A stretch of DNA of 64,000 nucleotides from Heptranchias perlo (GCF_035084215.1 NC_090349.1:8866001-8930000), one strand, 5' to 3'. Positions 38,261 to 51,634 are shown, counted from the first letter of the stretch. The notes: a model not told the origin generated them from the sequence alone. A program made the numbers and translations.

Positions 38261-38847
38261 AGGTCTCAGGGACCAGGGAGAGTGCAATCGAAACAAAAGC
38301 ATTTTATGAGGGATTTTCCCTGTATTTAATGCACAAGGAAGGCATAGTTGTCTCTTCATACCTGGGAACTGATTCAAACTATTTACATTTCAAACTTAAT
38401 CTCGTGGACGTATTTTTCAAATACTGCTTCAGTTTCATAGAATCTTACAGCCATCGTGCCTGTGCTGGCTCTTTGAAAGAGCTATCCAATTAGTCCCACT
38501 CTCCTGCTCTTTCCCCATAGCCCTGCAATTTTTCCCTGTTTACTAATGAAACAGATTGTCAATAATTGTGTGAATGAGCAGCGTTTCCAGTTCATTCGTT
38601 TTGGAATACAGTTGCATAATTATCTTCTTACCGTCTCTGGGCTTGCATTATAGTAAAATGTCTGTCTCACATCACAAAGTGATTGACACCTACACTCGAG
38701 GAGTGAGAGAGCTACTGCTCCGAGATTCTCGTGTATTATTAATACAAGACTACCGCAGGAATTGAATGTAGACCGAGTCAGGTAACAGAAACAGAAAACG
38801 CTGGAGACACTCAGTAACTCAGGCAGCGCCCGTCCAGAGAATGCGAT

Positions 38848-39650
38848 TTTTTAATAAATTCGTTCATGGGATATGGGCGTCGCTGGCAAGGCCAGCATTT
38901 ATTGCCCATCCCTAAATCCCCTTGAGAAGTTGGTGGTGAGCCACCTTCTTGAACCGCTGCAGTCCGTGTGGTGAAGGTTCTCCCACAGTGCTGTTCGGTA
39001 GGGAGTTCCAGGATTTTGACCCAGCGATGATGAAGGAACAGCGATATATTTCCAAGTCAGGATGGTGTGTGACTTGGAGGGAAACGTGCAGGTGGTGGTG
39101 TTCCCATGTGTTTGCTGCCCTTGTCCTTCTAGGTGGTAGAGGTCGCGGGTTTGGGAGGTGCTGTCGAAGAAGCCTTGGCGAGTTGCTGTAGTGCATCCTG
39201 TGGATAATGCACACTGCAGCCACGGTGCGCCGGTGGTGAAGGGAATGAATGTTTAGGGTGGTGGATGGAGCGCCAGTAAAGCAGGCTGCTTTGTCCTGGA
39301 TGGTGTCGAACTTCTTGAGTGTTGTTCGAGCTGCACTCATCCAGGCAAGTGGAGAGTATTCCATCACACTCCTGACTTGCGCCTTGTAGATGGTGGAAAG
39401 ACGTTGGGGAGTCAGGAGGTGAGTCACTCACCACAGAATACCCAGCCTCTGACCTGCTCTTGTAGCCACAGTATTTATGTGACTGGTCCAGTTAAGTTTC
39501 TGGTCAATGGTGACCCCCAGGATGTTGATGGTGGGGGATTTGGCGATGGTAATGCCGTTGAATGTCAAGGGGAGGTGGTTAGACTCTCTCTTGTTGGAGA
39601 TGGTTATTGCCTGGCACTTGTCTGGCGCGAATGTTACTTGCCACTTATTA
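38848..39650 (-). mobile_element. LINE 3' fragment (CR1/Jockey group, second family)
   Basis: LLTPQRLSTIYKAQVRSVMEYSPLAW..IQDKAA RT C-terminus; same tail as 21065-21236. Confidence 0.85.
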
Positions 39651-40639
39651 CTATATCAGTTGGCGTTTAGGGTATAGACCTTTCCCCAGGACTGAAAGAT
39701 ATTACAGATGAACAGCATTTAAAAAGGAACTGAAGAGGGAAGGGGCACACAGGAAAATAAATGAATGGTGTGTAAAGTGCTAAGGTGGGAAACAGGAGAT
39801 GGTTAATTGGCAGCAGTGATAGAGATAGGCAGGGAACAAAAGGAGGCATCATGAGAAAAATCAAAGAAATAAAAGGACATTCACAAGACACAGAGTTTTA
39901 GAAGAGCTAAAAGGGAATAAGGGTAAAACGAGAAGCATAAAAAACTGGCAAAACTAGCAAAGCAGGGAGGGCTCCAGGGTCCCAGGATTCCTGTGCTTTA
40001 CTATAATATAAATTCCCCTGGACTAGTTTCCATCGCCTAAGGTGCTGGGAGTGGAACTTTCCAGATTTCTTTCCCTTAATTGGCCTGGGTTTTCTCCTCT
40101 CCCAAGAGATTACATGGGTGAGGTGGGGAGTGTACGTATTGTGATGCATAAAACATCACAACTGAGTAGAACAGACTGGATGGATCAGTGGGTCTTTACC
40201 TGTCCGTCACTTTCGTACGTTCGTAATTGTATTTTATAGAAAATACAGATATAGAGAGACATATAAAGAGCAGCATTGTGCCATGCAAGGGGAAGGAAAG
40301 GCAGTTTCTCTGAAAAGTACATTAATTCAAGATAAACACCATAGCACAGATAGACGAGCAATTGTGTGCTTCATGGTGGATTTAATAGAACAGTAACGTG
40401 GAGATTCTCAAAGGGAGCAGGAGGCGGTGGATGTGATCTAAGGTCCATAGGTGAATCGATCATGAGTTGATGGAGTCTCTGCAATTCTGACGAAAGGCCA
40501 TCGACCTGAAATGTACTCTGCTTCTTTCTCCACAAATGCTGCCTGACTTGCTGAGTATTTCCAGCATTTTCTGTTTTTATCTCTGAAATACTATACTGAT
40601 ACTTGGGGTGGTCTGCGACCACAGACCCTTCCTGTGCTG

Positions 40640-40676
40640 TTTGTTGCTGGAGTTTCCCACGTGGCGCAGACAAAGG
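40640..40676 (+). promoter_or_regulatory. Proximal RBPJ/E-box/Sox module of pseudogene 2
   Basis: TTGTTGCTGGAGTTTCCCACGTG..ACAAAG; RBPJ site at 40654-40661; parallels 62426-62470. Confidence 0.6.
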
Positions 40677-41139
40677 GAACGGTTCAGTTGCTGCGTTTCA
40701 AGGAGCAGCGAATGAGCTCATTCATCCGAATGCAAGAAGCGCCCTGAGGGGACAATAGGCAGCGTAACTCCATAGGAATATCCCCCCTCCCCCCAACGCC
40801 AGCTCTTCCCAGGCACGAGTTAGAGAACTTCTCCTCCCAGGTGCTTTGTTGCAAGTTTCTCATCACATTTAAACTCTAGCCTGTCCCAGAAAGTCTGTAC
40901 TGAATTTCAAATCGTTGCCTTTTGATAACACTCCGCTCCAAAAGTTTATTGTAAATGACAGGAAACTGTACCGTTGCAATTGCACACTGCCCATTCTTAT
41001 AAAGAACTCCCGGCTATTTAATGAATCTTTAATAAAATGTATTCGGCTCTCAATAACATTGCATGAAGAGGCGGTCGATAGAACCGATTGTTTTGCTCCT
41101 GTGTGGGGTGCCACGTGTGGGACCAACCCCCTCCCCCGG

Positions 41140-41379
41140 TTCTCATGACCTTACACGAGCCCCGCTGGCCCGGGATTAGTGGTTCATGCCACATCTCCAG
41201 ATGGTCCCCTTGAGACTGGGCTCCAACAAAAAAAAAGTCAAAACGCCGTGGATAATTCCTCATTCAGAAAGCGATGTTTCAGTCATTGTGCCTCAGACAG
41301 CAGCGATTGGCTGCTGAGTGTGGGAAACGCAAAGAAACCCGGACCCACACTTGGCCCTGTCCATTCGCAGATGTAAATA
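41140..41379 (+). promoter_or_regulatory. Notch-type hes5 promoter of pseudogene 2
   Basis: 26-bp and 39-bp blocks identical to promoter 1; RBPJ TGTGGGAA 41319-41326; GACCCACA at 15-bp spacing; TATA-position TGTAAATA 41372-41379. Confidence 0.85.
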
Positions 41380-41477
41380 CGGGAGCCGTCGGATCCAGCT
41401 GTAGTGCTGCTGCATAGGTCAGAGGCAGAGACTCTCCCATCGCTGCCTCAGACTGCACTGCACACAGCGTCTTAAGG

Positions 41478-42219
41478 ATGACTCCAACAACGCTGCTGAC
41501 ACTGGAAGAGAATTCTCGGAAATAGAATCTCAGCAAAGAACAGTTTACATTCACAAAATGTTTGTTTCACATTCTTTTCGAATATTACTACTGATTGTAT
41601 GATCTTGTGCACATAATCCAGGCTGGCACTCCAGTGCAGAACTGAGGGAGCGGAGGTGCAGTCTTCGGATGAGACGTTAAACCAAGGCCCTGTTTGCCCT
41701 CTCAGGTGGACGTAAAAGATCCCATGGTACTATTTCAAGCAAGAGCAAGGGAGTTCTTCCCTTGTCTTGACCAATATTTATCCCTCAACCAACATCACTA
41801 AAAAAAACAAACGGTCTGGTCATTAGCTGTTTGTGGGATCTTGCTGTGTGTAAATTGGCTTAATGTTTCCTACATTATACCAGTGACTACACTTCAAAAA
41901 GTACTTAATTGGCTCTAAAGCCCATTAGGATATCATGAGGAGGTGAAAGGCACTATATAAATGCAAGTTCATTCTTTCTGATTTGAAACAGCTACTGCTC
42001 TCTTGGATGCAAAAATTATTTATCATTTTCAGTAGATGAGAAAACAACAGATGAAAGGAGTAGAGATCAATGGTGCACAAAACAACAGCATCCAGTTCAG
42101 GAGAAACCCAGGAAACATTAGCACAGAATACATATTCCAGGAATATTCTGTATCTCCTTTGTACTCCTCTTACTATCAGACATCAGACTGGTCAGCTCAG
42201 CATCACAGCACCCTGATAG
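41478..42219 (+). pseudogene. hes5-like pseudogene 2 (more decayed)
   Basis: ATGACTCCAACAACGCTGCTG resembles ATGGCTCCTATCAATGCTGCTG with a 1-nt loss and gives a stop at 41523-41525. It has the same GTTTACATT donor as pseudogene 1 and a SINE in intron 1. The exon-2 relic after ttttcag (42032) has ..ERSRDQ..NNSIQ. Helix 2 and the Orange domain are missing. The 3' region 42210-42364 plus 45075-45290 aligns with 32265-32620. Confidence 0.75.
41605..41980 (+). mobile_element. Deu-domain SINE in intron 1 of pseudogene 2
   Basis: Homologous to 13770-14105. Confidence 0.75.
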
Positions 42220-42364
42220 AGCTGGAAACATCAGGACATTTCCTGGAACTGAGGAAGTGACAATTACACCACATTAAGTGCTAGAGTTATATCCTAGTGT
42301 AAAACAGTATTGTGGAATGGAAACAGTGTCATTAATATTAATACCTTCATATTGAAGGAGATGG

Positions 42365-45074
42365 AAGGAAGAAAAGGAGGTGGGGTAGCACTGTTAATAA
42401 AGGATGAAATCAGTACAATGGTGAGAAAGGATCTTGGCTCAGAAGATCAAGATGTAGAATCAGTTTGGGTGGAGCTAAGAAACAGTAAGGGGCAGAAAAC
42501 ATTGGTGGGAGTTGTTTATAGGCCACCAAACAGAAGTGGTAATATAGGGCACGGTATAAAGCAGGAAATTAGAAGTGCATGTAACAAGTGTTATACAGTA
42601 ATTATGGGGGACTTTAATCTACATGTAGCTTGGGCAAACCAAATTAGCACTAATACTGTGGAGGACGAATTCCTGGAATGTATATGAGATGGTAGTCTGG
42701 ATCAGTATGTTGAGGAACCAACTAGGAAACAGGCTATTTTAGATCTAGTATTGTGCAATGAGAAAGGGTAAATTTATAATCTTGTTGTAAAGGAGCCCAT
42801 AGGGAAGAATGACCATAATATGATAGAATTCTTCATTAAATTTGAAAGTGATATAGTTCAATCCGAAACTAGGGTCTTAAATCTAAACAAAGGAAACTAC
42901 GAAGGTTTGAGGCACAAGTTGGCTGTGGTTGATTGGCAAACTACATTAAAAGATATGATGGTAGACAGGCATTGGCTAGCGTTTAGAGAATTAATACATA
43001 ATTTGCAACAAATATATATTACTTTAAGGCACAAAAACCCAACAGGAAAAGTCGTCCAACCATGATTAATGAGAAATTAAAGATAGTGTTAAATCAAAGA
43101 GGCATATAATGTTGCCAGAAAAAGCAGTAAGCATGAGAATTGGGAGCATTTTAGAATTCAGCAAAGGAGGACCAAGAAATTGATAAAGAGGGAAAATAGA
43201 ATATGAGAATAAACTAGCAAGAACCTTAAAAATGGACTGTAAAAACTTCTATAGGTATGTAAAAAGGAAAAGACTGGCAAAGGCAAATGTGGGTCCCTTA
43301 CAGACAGAGACGGGAGAATTTATAATGGGGAATAAGGAAATGGCAGAGAAATTAAACAAATACTTTGTGTCTGTCTTCACGGAAGAAGACACAAAAGATC
43401 TCCCAGAAATACTAAAGAACCAAGGGTCTGGTGACAATGAGGAACTGAAAGAAATTAGTATTAGTAAAAAAATAGTACTAGAGAAATTAATGGGATTGAA
43501 AGTCAATAAATCCCAAGGATCTGATGATCTACATCCCAGGGTTTTGAAATAGGTGGCTATAGAGATAGTGGATGCATTGGTTGTCATCTTCCAAAATTCT
43601 ATAGATTCTGGAACGATTCCTGCAGATTGGAGGGTAGCAAATATAACCCCACTATTTAAGAAAGGAGGGAGAGAGAAAACAGGGAACTACAGACCTGTTA
43701 GCCTGACATCAGTTGTAGGGAAAATGCTAGAATCTATTATAAAGGATGTGATAACAGGACACTTAGAAAATAATAATAGGATTTGGCAGAGTCAACATGG
43801 ATTTATGAAAGGGAAATCATGTTTGACAAACCTACTGGAGTTCTTTGAGGATGAACTAGTAGAATAGATAAGGGGGAACCAGTGGATGTGGTGTATTTGG
43901 ATTTTCAGAATGTTTTGTTCACCCACACAGGAGGTTGGTGAACAAAGTTAGAGCACATGGAATTGGGGGTAATATACTGGCATGGATTGAGAATTGGTTA
44001 ACAGACAGAAAACAGAGAGTAGGAATAAACAGATCTTTTTCAGGTTGGCAGACTGTTACTAGTGGGGTACCGCAGGGATCGGTGCTTGGGCCCCAGCTAT
44101 TCACAATCTATATCAATGATTTGGATGAGGGAACCAAATGTAATATTTCCAAGTTTGCTGATGACACAAAATTATGTGGGAATGTGAGTTGTGAGGAGGG
44201 TGCAAAGAGGCTTCAAGGGGATATAGACAGGCTAAGTGAGTGAGCAAGAACATGGCAGATGGAATATAATGTGGAAAAATGTGAAGTTATTCACTTTGGT
44301 AGAAAAAACAGAAATGCAGAGTATTTTTTAAATGGTGAGAGATTTGGAAATGTTGATGTTCAAAGGGATCTGGTGTCCTTGTACATGAGTCACTGAAAGC
44401 AAACATGCAGGTGCAGCAAGCAATTAGGTAGACAAATGGTATGTTGGCCTTTATTTCAAGAGGATTTGAGTACAGGAATAAAGATGTCTTACTGCAATTA
44501 TATAGGGCCTAGAGTATTGAGTACAATTTTGGTCTCCTTACCTAAGAAAGGATATATTTGCCATAGAGGGAGTGCAATGAAGGTTCACCAGACTTATTCC
44601 TGGCATGGCGGGATTGTTGAACAAGGAGAGATTGTGTAGACTAGGCCTCTATTCTTTAGAGTTTAGAAGAATGAGAGGTGACCTCATTGAAACATACAAA
44701 ATTCTTACAGGGCTCAACAGGGTAGATGCAAGGAGGATGTTTCCCCTGGCTGAGGAGTCTAGAACCAGGGGTCACAGTCTCAGAATAAGGGGGCAGCCAT
44801 TTAGGACTGAGATGAGGACAAATTTCTTTACTCAGAGGGTGGTGAATCTTTGGAATTCTCTACCCCAGAGGGCTGTGGAGACCCAGTCATTGAGTACATT
44901 CAAAACAGAGATCGATAGATTTCTAGATATTAAAGGCATCAAGGGATATAGGGATAGTGCAGGAAAATGGCGTTGAGATAGAAGATCAGCCACGATCTTG
45001 TTGAATGGCGGAGCAGGCTCCAGGGGCCAGATGGCCTACTCCTGCTCCTATTTCTTATGTTCTTATGTTCTTAT
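42365..45074 (+). mobile_element. 5'-truncated CR1 LINE inserted in the former 3'UTR of pseudogene 2
   Basis: APE and RT motifs; (TTCTTATG)n tail; 7-bp TSD GAGATGG at 42358-42364 and 45075-45081. Confidence 0.93.
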
Positions 45075-45379
45075 GAGATGGGTAGATTGTTAAAGGGATA
45101 TTTCTGATCCTTACCCGTGTAATATTATAATATGTGATCCTTGTTCTACAATATTTGTAGAGTTTCTCAACAATATATTCACAGTGTCTATACAGTAGTT
45201 GCAATAGCGGCAAACAATTCTGTAGGGGAAATCTTTCCATATTTCTCCCTGTTGAAGTATGTCAGAGGTGGAAAGTGATCTGGCTTCTTGTTGATTTCTT
45301 TACTTCTGTGAAAGGGTTGACTCCTAATAAATGATTATTATTATAGTTCTGACTCCATATTTTGTTCATTACAAAGACG

Positions 45380-47320
45380 ATCTACTTGCACCTCACTAAC
45401 ATCACCAACCTCAGCTAAGTTTCTGCTGAAAACCCTCATCCACGCCGTTGTCACCTCCAGACTTGATTCCTCCATTGCTCTACTGGTCGGCCTCCCATAC
45501 TCCACTACATCTCACCCAAAGCTCTTTCACCCGTATCCTATTATACCCTGCCACAACAACAACAACTTGCATTTATATAGTGCCTTTAACGTAGTAAAAC
45601 ATCCCAAGGTGTTTCTCAGGAGCGTTATCAAACAAAATTTGACACTGAGCCACGTAAGGAGATATTAGGACAGGTGACCAAAAGCTTGGTCAAAGAGGTA
45701 GGTTTGAAGGACCATCTCAAAGGAGAGAGAGATAAAGAGGCAGAAAGTTTTAGGGAGGGAGATCCGGAGCTTAGGTCCTAGGCAGCTGATGGCACGGCCG
45801 CCAATGTGGAGCGTTTAAAATCAGAGATGCGCGATAGGCCAGAATTGGAGGAGCACAGAGATCTCGGAGGGTTGTAGGGCTGGAGGAGGTTACAGAGATA
45901 GGGAGGGGCGAGGCCATGGAGAGATTTGAAAACAAGGATCAGAATTTTGAAATTGAGGCATTCCCAATGCGGGAGTCAATGTAGGTTCATGAGCACAGGG
46001 GTGATGGGAGAATGGGACTTGGTGCGAGTTAGGGTACGGGCAGCAGAGTTTTGGATGTGCTCAAGTTTATGGAGGGTGCAAGTTGATAGGCCAGCCAAGA
46101 GAGCATTAGAATAGTCAAGTCTAGAGGTAACAATGGCATGGGTGAGATTTTCAGCAGCAGATGAGCTGAGGTCGGGGTGGAGACAGGCAATGTTATGGAG
46201 GTGGAAGTAGGCGGACTTGGTGATGGAGCAGATATGTGGTTGGAAGCTCATCTCAGGGTCAAATAGGACGCCAAAGTTGTGAACGGTCTGGTTCAGCCTC
46301 AGACAGTGCCCAGGGATAGGGATGGAGTTGGTGGCGAGGGTACGGAGTTTGTAGCGGGGGCCAAAGACAATGGTTTCGGTCTTCCCAAAATTTAGTTGGA
46401 GGAAGTTTTTGCTCATCCAGTACTGGTGTTGTCAGCCTACATGTGGAACCTGACAATGTATTTTCAGATCATGTCGCCAAAGGGCAGCATGTAGATGAGA
46501 AATAGAAGGAGGTCAAGGACAGATCTTTGGGCGATTAGAGGTGACGGTGTGGGAACCGGCAGAGAAGCCAGCCTAGCTGTTTCCAAAGAAGTGACCAATT
46601 CTATGGCTACGACAGGATAGATAAGAATGGAACCAGGCGCGGGCAATCCCACCCAGCTGGACGACGGAGGAGAGGCGTTGGAGGAGAATGGTGTGGTCAA
46701 ACATGTCAAAGTCTGCAGAAAAGTCAAAGAGGACAATGAGAGATAGTATACCACGGTCACAGTCACACAGGATATCATTTGTGACTTTGATAAAGGCCGT
46801 TTCAGTACTGTGGCAGGGGCGGAAACCTGATTGGAGGGATTCAAACATTGAGTCGCGGGAAAGAAGGGCACGGATTTGGGAGGCGGCAACACGTTCAAGA
46901 ACTGTGGAGAGGAAAGGGATGTTGCAGCTTTGCTCATGCATTAACCCTGTCCTTACTGATCTACATGGGTCCAGGTCCCTATCTCCATAACCCCCTACAG
47001 CCTACAACCCTCCAAATTATCCATTCTTTTGATAGCAGTCTCTTGTGCATCTCCCCTCCCCTTGCCCCACCATTGGCAGCCTAGCTTTCAGCTTCCGAGG
47101 CCCCAAGTTATGGAATTCCCTTCCCCAACTCCTTCACTTTTCCACCTCCCTCTCTTTGTACAAGACTCTCTTTAAAAGCCATCTCTTTGACTTAGCCTGT
47201 GGTCACCCCGCCTAATCTTTTCTTCTTTGGCTTGGCATCAATCTCTCCTTATGTCCCCGTCAACCTTGGGGCATTTTTCTAGGTTAAAGGCACTAGATAA
47301 AAGCAAATTGTTGTTGTTGA
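45380..47320. mobile_element. Nested L2 fragments: minus-strand L2 (about 45553-46935) inside a plus-strand L2 3' fragment
   Basis: Minus strand LQSGFRPCHSTETA, FLQLNFGKTE, SRLDYSNALL; plus-strand L2 pieces at 45380-45545 and 46935-47320. Confidence 0.8.
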
Positions 47321-47529
47321 GTACAGTCCAGAAAATGTAATTATACCCAATGGTTCATTGAAATATATGGAAAGCAATTGGATCAAATTATGCATGAGGT
47401 TTTTAAAGATTACGGCCCAGAAATTTGGGCACACCTATTTTTGGGCACGCTAGGGATGCAGGGTGCATTCCCTGTGCCTGAACGATGAGGCCTGAGGCTC
47501 TCCAGATATTAGACCTTGAACCTCATTAT

Positions 47530-49190
47530 AATAAGAACATAAGAAGTAAGAAACAGGAACCGGAGTAGGCCATACGGCCCCTCGATCCAGCTCCACCATT
47601 CAATCAGATCATGGCTGATCTTCGACCTCAACTCCACTTTCCCATCCGATCCCCATATCCCTTGTTTCCCTTAGAGTCCAAAAATCTATCGATCTCAGTC
47701 TTGAATATACTCAATGACTCAGCATCCACAGCCCTATGGGGTAGAGAACTCCACAGATTCACAACCCTCTGAGTGAAGAAATTCCTCCTCATCTCAGTCT
47801 TAAACGGCTGACCCCTTATCCTGAGACTATGCCCCCTAGTTCTAGACTCTCCAGCCAGGGGAAACAACCTCTCAGCTTCTACCCTGTCAAGCCCCCTCAC
47901 AATCTTATGTATTTCGATGAGATCACCTCTCATTCTTCTAAACCCCAGAGAGTATAGGCCCATTCTACTCAAACTCTCTTCATAGGACAACTCTCTCATC
48001 CCAGGAATCAATCTAGTGAACCTTTGGTGCACTGCCTCTAAGGCAAGTATATCCTTCCTTAGATAAGGAGACCAAAACTGTACACTGTACTCCAGGTGTA
48101 GTCTCACCAAAGCTCTGTACAATTGTAGTAAGACTTCCTTACTCTTGTACTCCAAACCCCTTGCAATAAAGACCAACATGCCATTTGCTTTCCTAGTTGC
48201 TTGTTGTACATGCATGCTAACTTCTTGTGTTTCTTGTGTGAGGACATCCAAATCTCCCTGAACACCAACATTTAATAGTTTCATATCATTTAAAAAATAT
48301 TCTGTTTTTCTATTCTTCCTACCAAAGTGAATAACCTCACATTTTCCCACATTATACTCCATTTGGCATCTTCTCGCCCACTCACTTAACCTGTCTATAT
48401 CCCTTTGCAGACTCTTTGCGTCCTCCTCACAGCTTACTTTCCCACCTAGCTTTGTATCGTCAGCAAACTTGGGTACATTACACTCGGCCCCTTCCTCTAA
48501 GTCATTAATATAGATTGTAAATAGCTGAGGCCCAAGCACCAATCCTTATGACACCTCACTAGTTACAGCCTGCCAACCTGAAAATGACTCCTTTATCCCT
48601 ACTCTCTGTTTTCTGTCCATTAAGCAATCCTGTATCCATGCTAATATATTACCTCCAACCCCATGAGCCGTTATCTTGTATAACACTTTTATGTGGCACC
48701 TTATTGAATGCCTTTTGAAAATCCAAATATACGACATCCACTGGTTCCCCTTTATCTACCCTGCTAGTTACATCCTCAAAAAACTCCAGTAAATTTGTCA
48801 AACACGATTTCCCTTTCATAAAACCATGTTGACTTTGCCTAATCATCTTATGATTTTTTGAAACACCCTGTTGCCACTTCCTTAATAATGGATTGCAGCA
48901 TTTTCCTGACATCTGATGTCAGGCTAACTGGTCTGTAGATCCCTGATTTCTCTCTCCCTCCTTTCTTGAACGGCGGGGTAACATTTGCAAACTTTCCAAT
49001 CCACTGGGACCATTCTAGAATCTAGGGAATTTTGGAAGATCACAACCAAAGCATCCACTATACCTGCAGCCACCTCTTTTAGAACACTAGGATGTTGGCC
49101 ATCGGGTCCTGGGGATGTGGCGGGCTTTTAGTCCCAATAGTTTCTCCAGTACTTTTCCTCTACTGATATTAATTATTTTAAGTTCCTCAT
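47530..49190 (-). mobile_element. CR1 LINE RT fragment, apparently inserted into a DNA-transposon-like element (about 47413-49825, G-rich interior)
   Basis: ORF 47628-48542 with KFADDTK, plus CR1 tail. The flanks have imperfect GGCCCAGAAATT / AATTTTTAGGTC ends; the host element is tentative. Confidence 0.85.
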
Positions 49191-51634
49191 AGTACGCAAA
49201 ATACGCTTCTTGCCCAGCATACTGGAGTCTTAGTAGTCCAAGTGGCGCCCAAATAATGGAGAGCCAGTGTGGCCTCAGAGCCAGCCAACAAAGAGTAGTG
49301 AAAAATCGAGCCGCTGCTAGTGTTACAGTAGCTCTCAGGGTGCAGGGGTCAGGTCTGGGGTCAGGTTCAGGACTGGGGCCAGGGGTCTGGTCAAATCAGG
49401 CTGGGGATCGGGGAGAGGGGCCAAGGGTCAGATTGGGGCTAGGGGTCGGGTCTGGGGGTTGGGATCGGGAAAGGGTTGGGTCAGGTTGGGGATCAGGAAC
49501 AAGGTCAGGTCTGGGGGTTGGGGATTGCAGGGCAGGGAATCATGGGGGCTGGTGGAGTGGGTTTTGGGGGAGGGAGATCACGGTCGGGCCCGGGGCGGCG
49601 GAGGTCGGGGCTGGGAGCGGGGGAGATCGAGCCAGGGCTGGGAGAGAGGGAGATCCCTAGGCTTGGAGAGGAAGCCTCAAACAGGCGTCCGGTCCCTTAT
49701 TTGCATATGCAAAAATACACATATTTTTTGTCCTTACCTAATACTTCTGTGTGGAAATGTGCATACGCTTCTTGCCACCATTAGTATTCCAAGTGGTGCC
49801 CAAAAAATGGACCAATTTTTAGGTCTATGGCTTTATATTATAGCTTCAAGTCTAAGACCAGTAAATGTAGCTAGCACACAGACCAGAGTTTACTCCATTG
49901 GTAAAAAACATGGAGATGGACAATTCTTGTTTAATGTAAAAATTTGCTGGTGACACAAACTATACAATAGGTGTCAGGTATAATGGGGTTATATAGGATC
50001 CAGGGGGAACTTGACCAACTAAATAACTTATGAATTTTAAAATGAATAAAAGTAAGTTTATGCACATTGAAAGAGGAAATGGGTTGACTACAAGGATGTT
50101 TATTATTAAGGTGAAGTAAGTTATGCCTGATTATTTGGCCATTCACTGAATATATCAAATCAAAATAAAACTGGTCATCAAGGCTGATTAAGTACTGAAA
50201 TGGATCTCAAGGGCATTTAATTATGGGCTAAAAATAATTTACACTAAACTTGTATAGGCTAATGGTGCGGCATCATTGGGAGCATTAGGGTGGAAATTTG
50301 GTGGCATTTTACTCAGTTTTCAGGCACTAAATGGGTGTTCTACCTATCAATTTCATGGTGGGACGTCCCATGATGGAAGTGCGCACAAAATGTGGTGACC
50401 ACCATATTAATTAAGGTGTTCCTTAACTGGCAGCTGCCTGAAATGAACACTGGGCTCATTAAAATACTTAAATAGGGGTCCTGCACTTGTATTAGGACCC
50501 TTTTGGGAAATTGATGCCTGGGGGCATTTGATTCGATCATTCTTAAGACTGCCCAGAAGAACATGGTGGGAACACTCAGGAAGCAGGTAGCAGAAGTACT
50601 GTTTAAAGGGAATCCTCACCTCCATCAAGGTTAGTCTCTGGATAGTCATTTTAGGCTGCTGGAGATTTTCAAAGGAAATTCTTGGCTGTTTTGACTGCAT
50701 TTTGGAAGTTTCTGATATTACAGAGCTGTTGGAGAGTTGACTTTTGGCTGCCGCTGCACTGGTTAACTTCATTGGCTACAGTAGTACTGGGAAAAATAGG
50801 AATGTTGCTGTGAATGCCATTAAGGATGCGACACTAGGAGGAACAGCAACAGCAGCAAGCACAGCAGAGCTTACAAGAAGAGGGCGAAGAAAGCAAGGGC
50901 ATAGCAGACGTTACAAGATGTGGGTCTTCCGGAATAGAATATCATATTGGAACAGAGGAGCAGTGTATGAGAAGGCTCTGTTTTAGTAGGCAGGCTGTCA
51001 CTGAACTAGTTCACCAGTCGCAGTAGGAATTGGCACCAAACACCAGGGCACTTACAGCACTGGCTGCAAATGTAACTGTGGCTTTCAACCTCTATGCCAC
51101 AGACTCATTCCAGGCTGCAACAGGTGACATCAGCAACATCAGTCAGTTTGCTGTCCATACGGATATCAGGCAGGTGACAGATGCCCTCTTTGCAAGGAGG
51201 CATCAATACATGACCTTCCCCATAGAGGCTGCTGATCAGGAGGAGAGAGCTATCGGATTTTCCCGCATCGTTGGATTTCCCCAGGTGCAAGGCATAATTG
51301 ACTGTATACACGTAGCTCTGCATTGTTCCCTTCAAGAACCAGCCATGTTTTATAACAGGAAGGGATTCCATTCCCTAAATGTACAGTTGGTGTGTGACCA
51401 CAGGCAGCAGATAATGCTGATTTCTTGGCAGTAGTCATGATGCCTTCACAATGCACCAGTCCTCAATCTCATCTTTCTTCCACACAGACCAGCGAGTGTC
51501 TGGCTGGCTCCTTAGAGACAGCGGATATCCCCTCTACACCTGCTCATGACCCAGCAGGAACCTGGGCACAGACACAGAGCGCCAATACAATGAGCCACAC
51601 AAGAACAAGAGCTCTAATTGAGCAAACCATAATA

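Noticed and set aside
42036-42260. 74-aa ORF MRKQQMKG... as an independent gene
   Set aside because: It overlies the frameshifted exon-2/exon-3 relic of pseudogene 2, has no recognisable domain, and the upstream exon has an early stop. A chance ORF is most likely.
49256-49953. Gly-rich ORFs and a GC-rich patch suggesting a gene or CpG island
   Set aside because: Low-complexity GGGGTC/GGGATC interior of a probable non-autonomous DNA element, similar in kind to the C-rich interior at 18900-19200.
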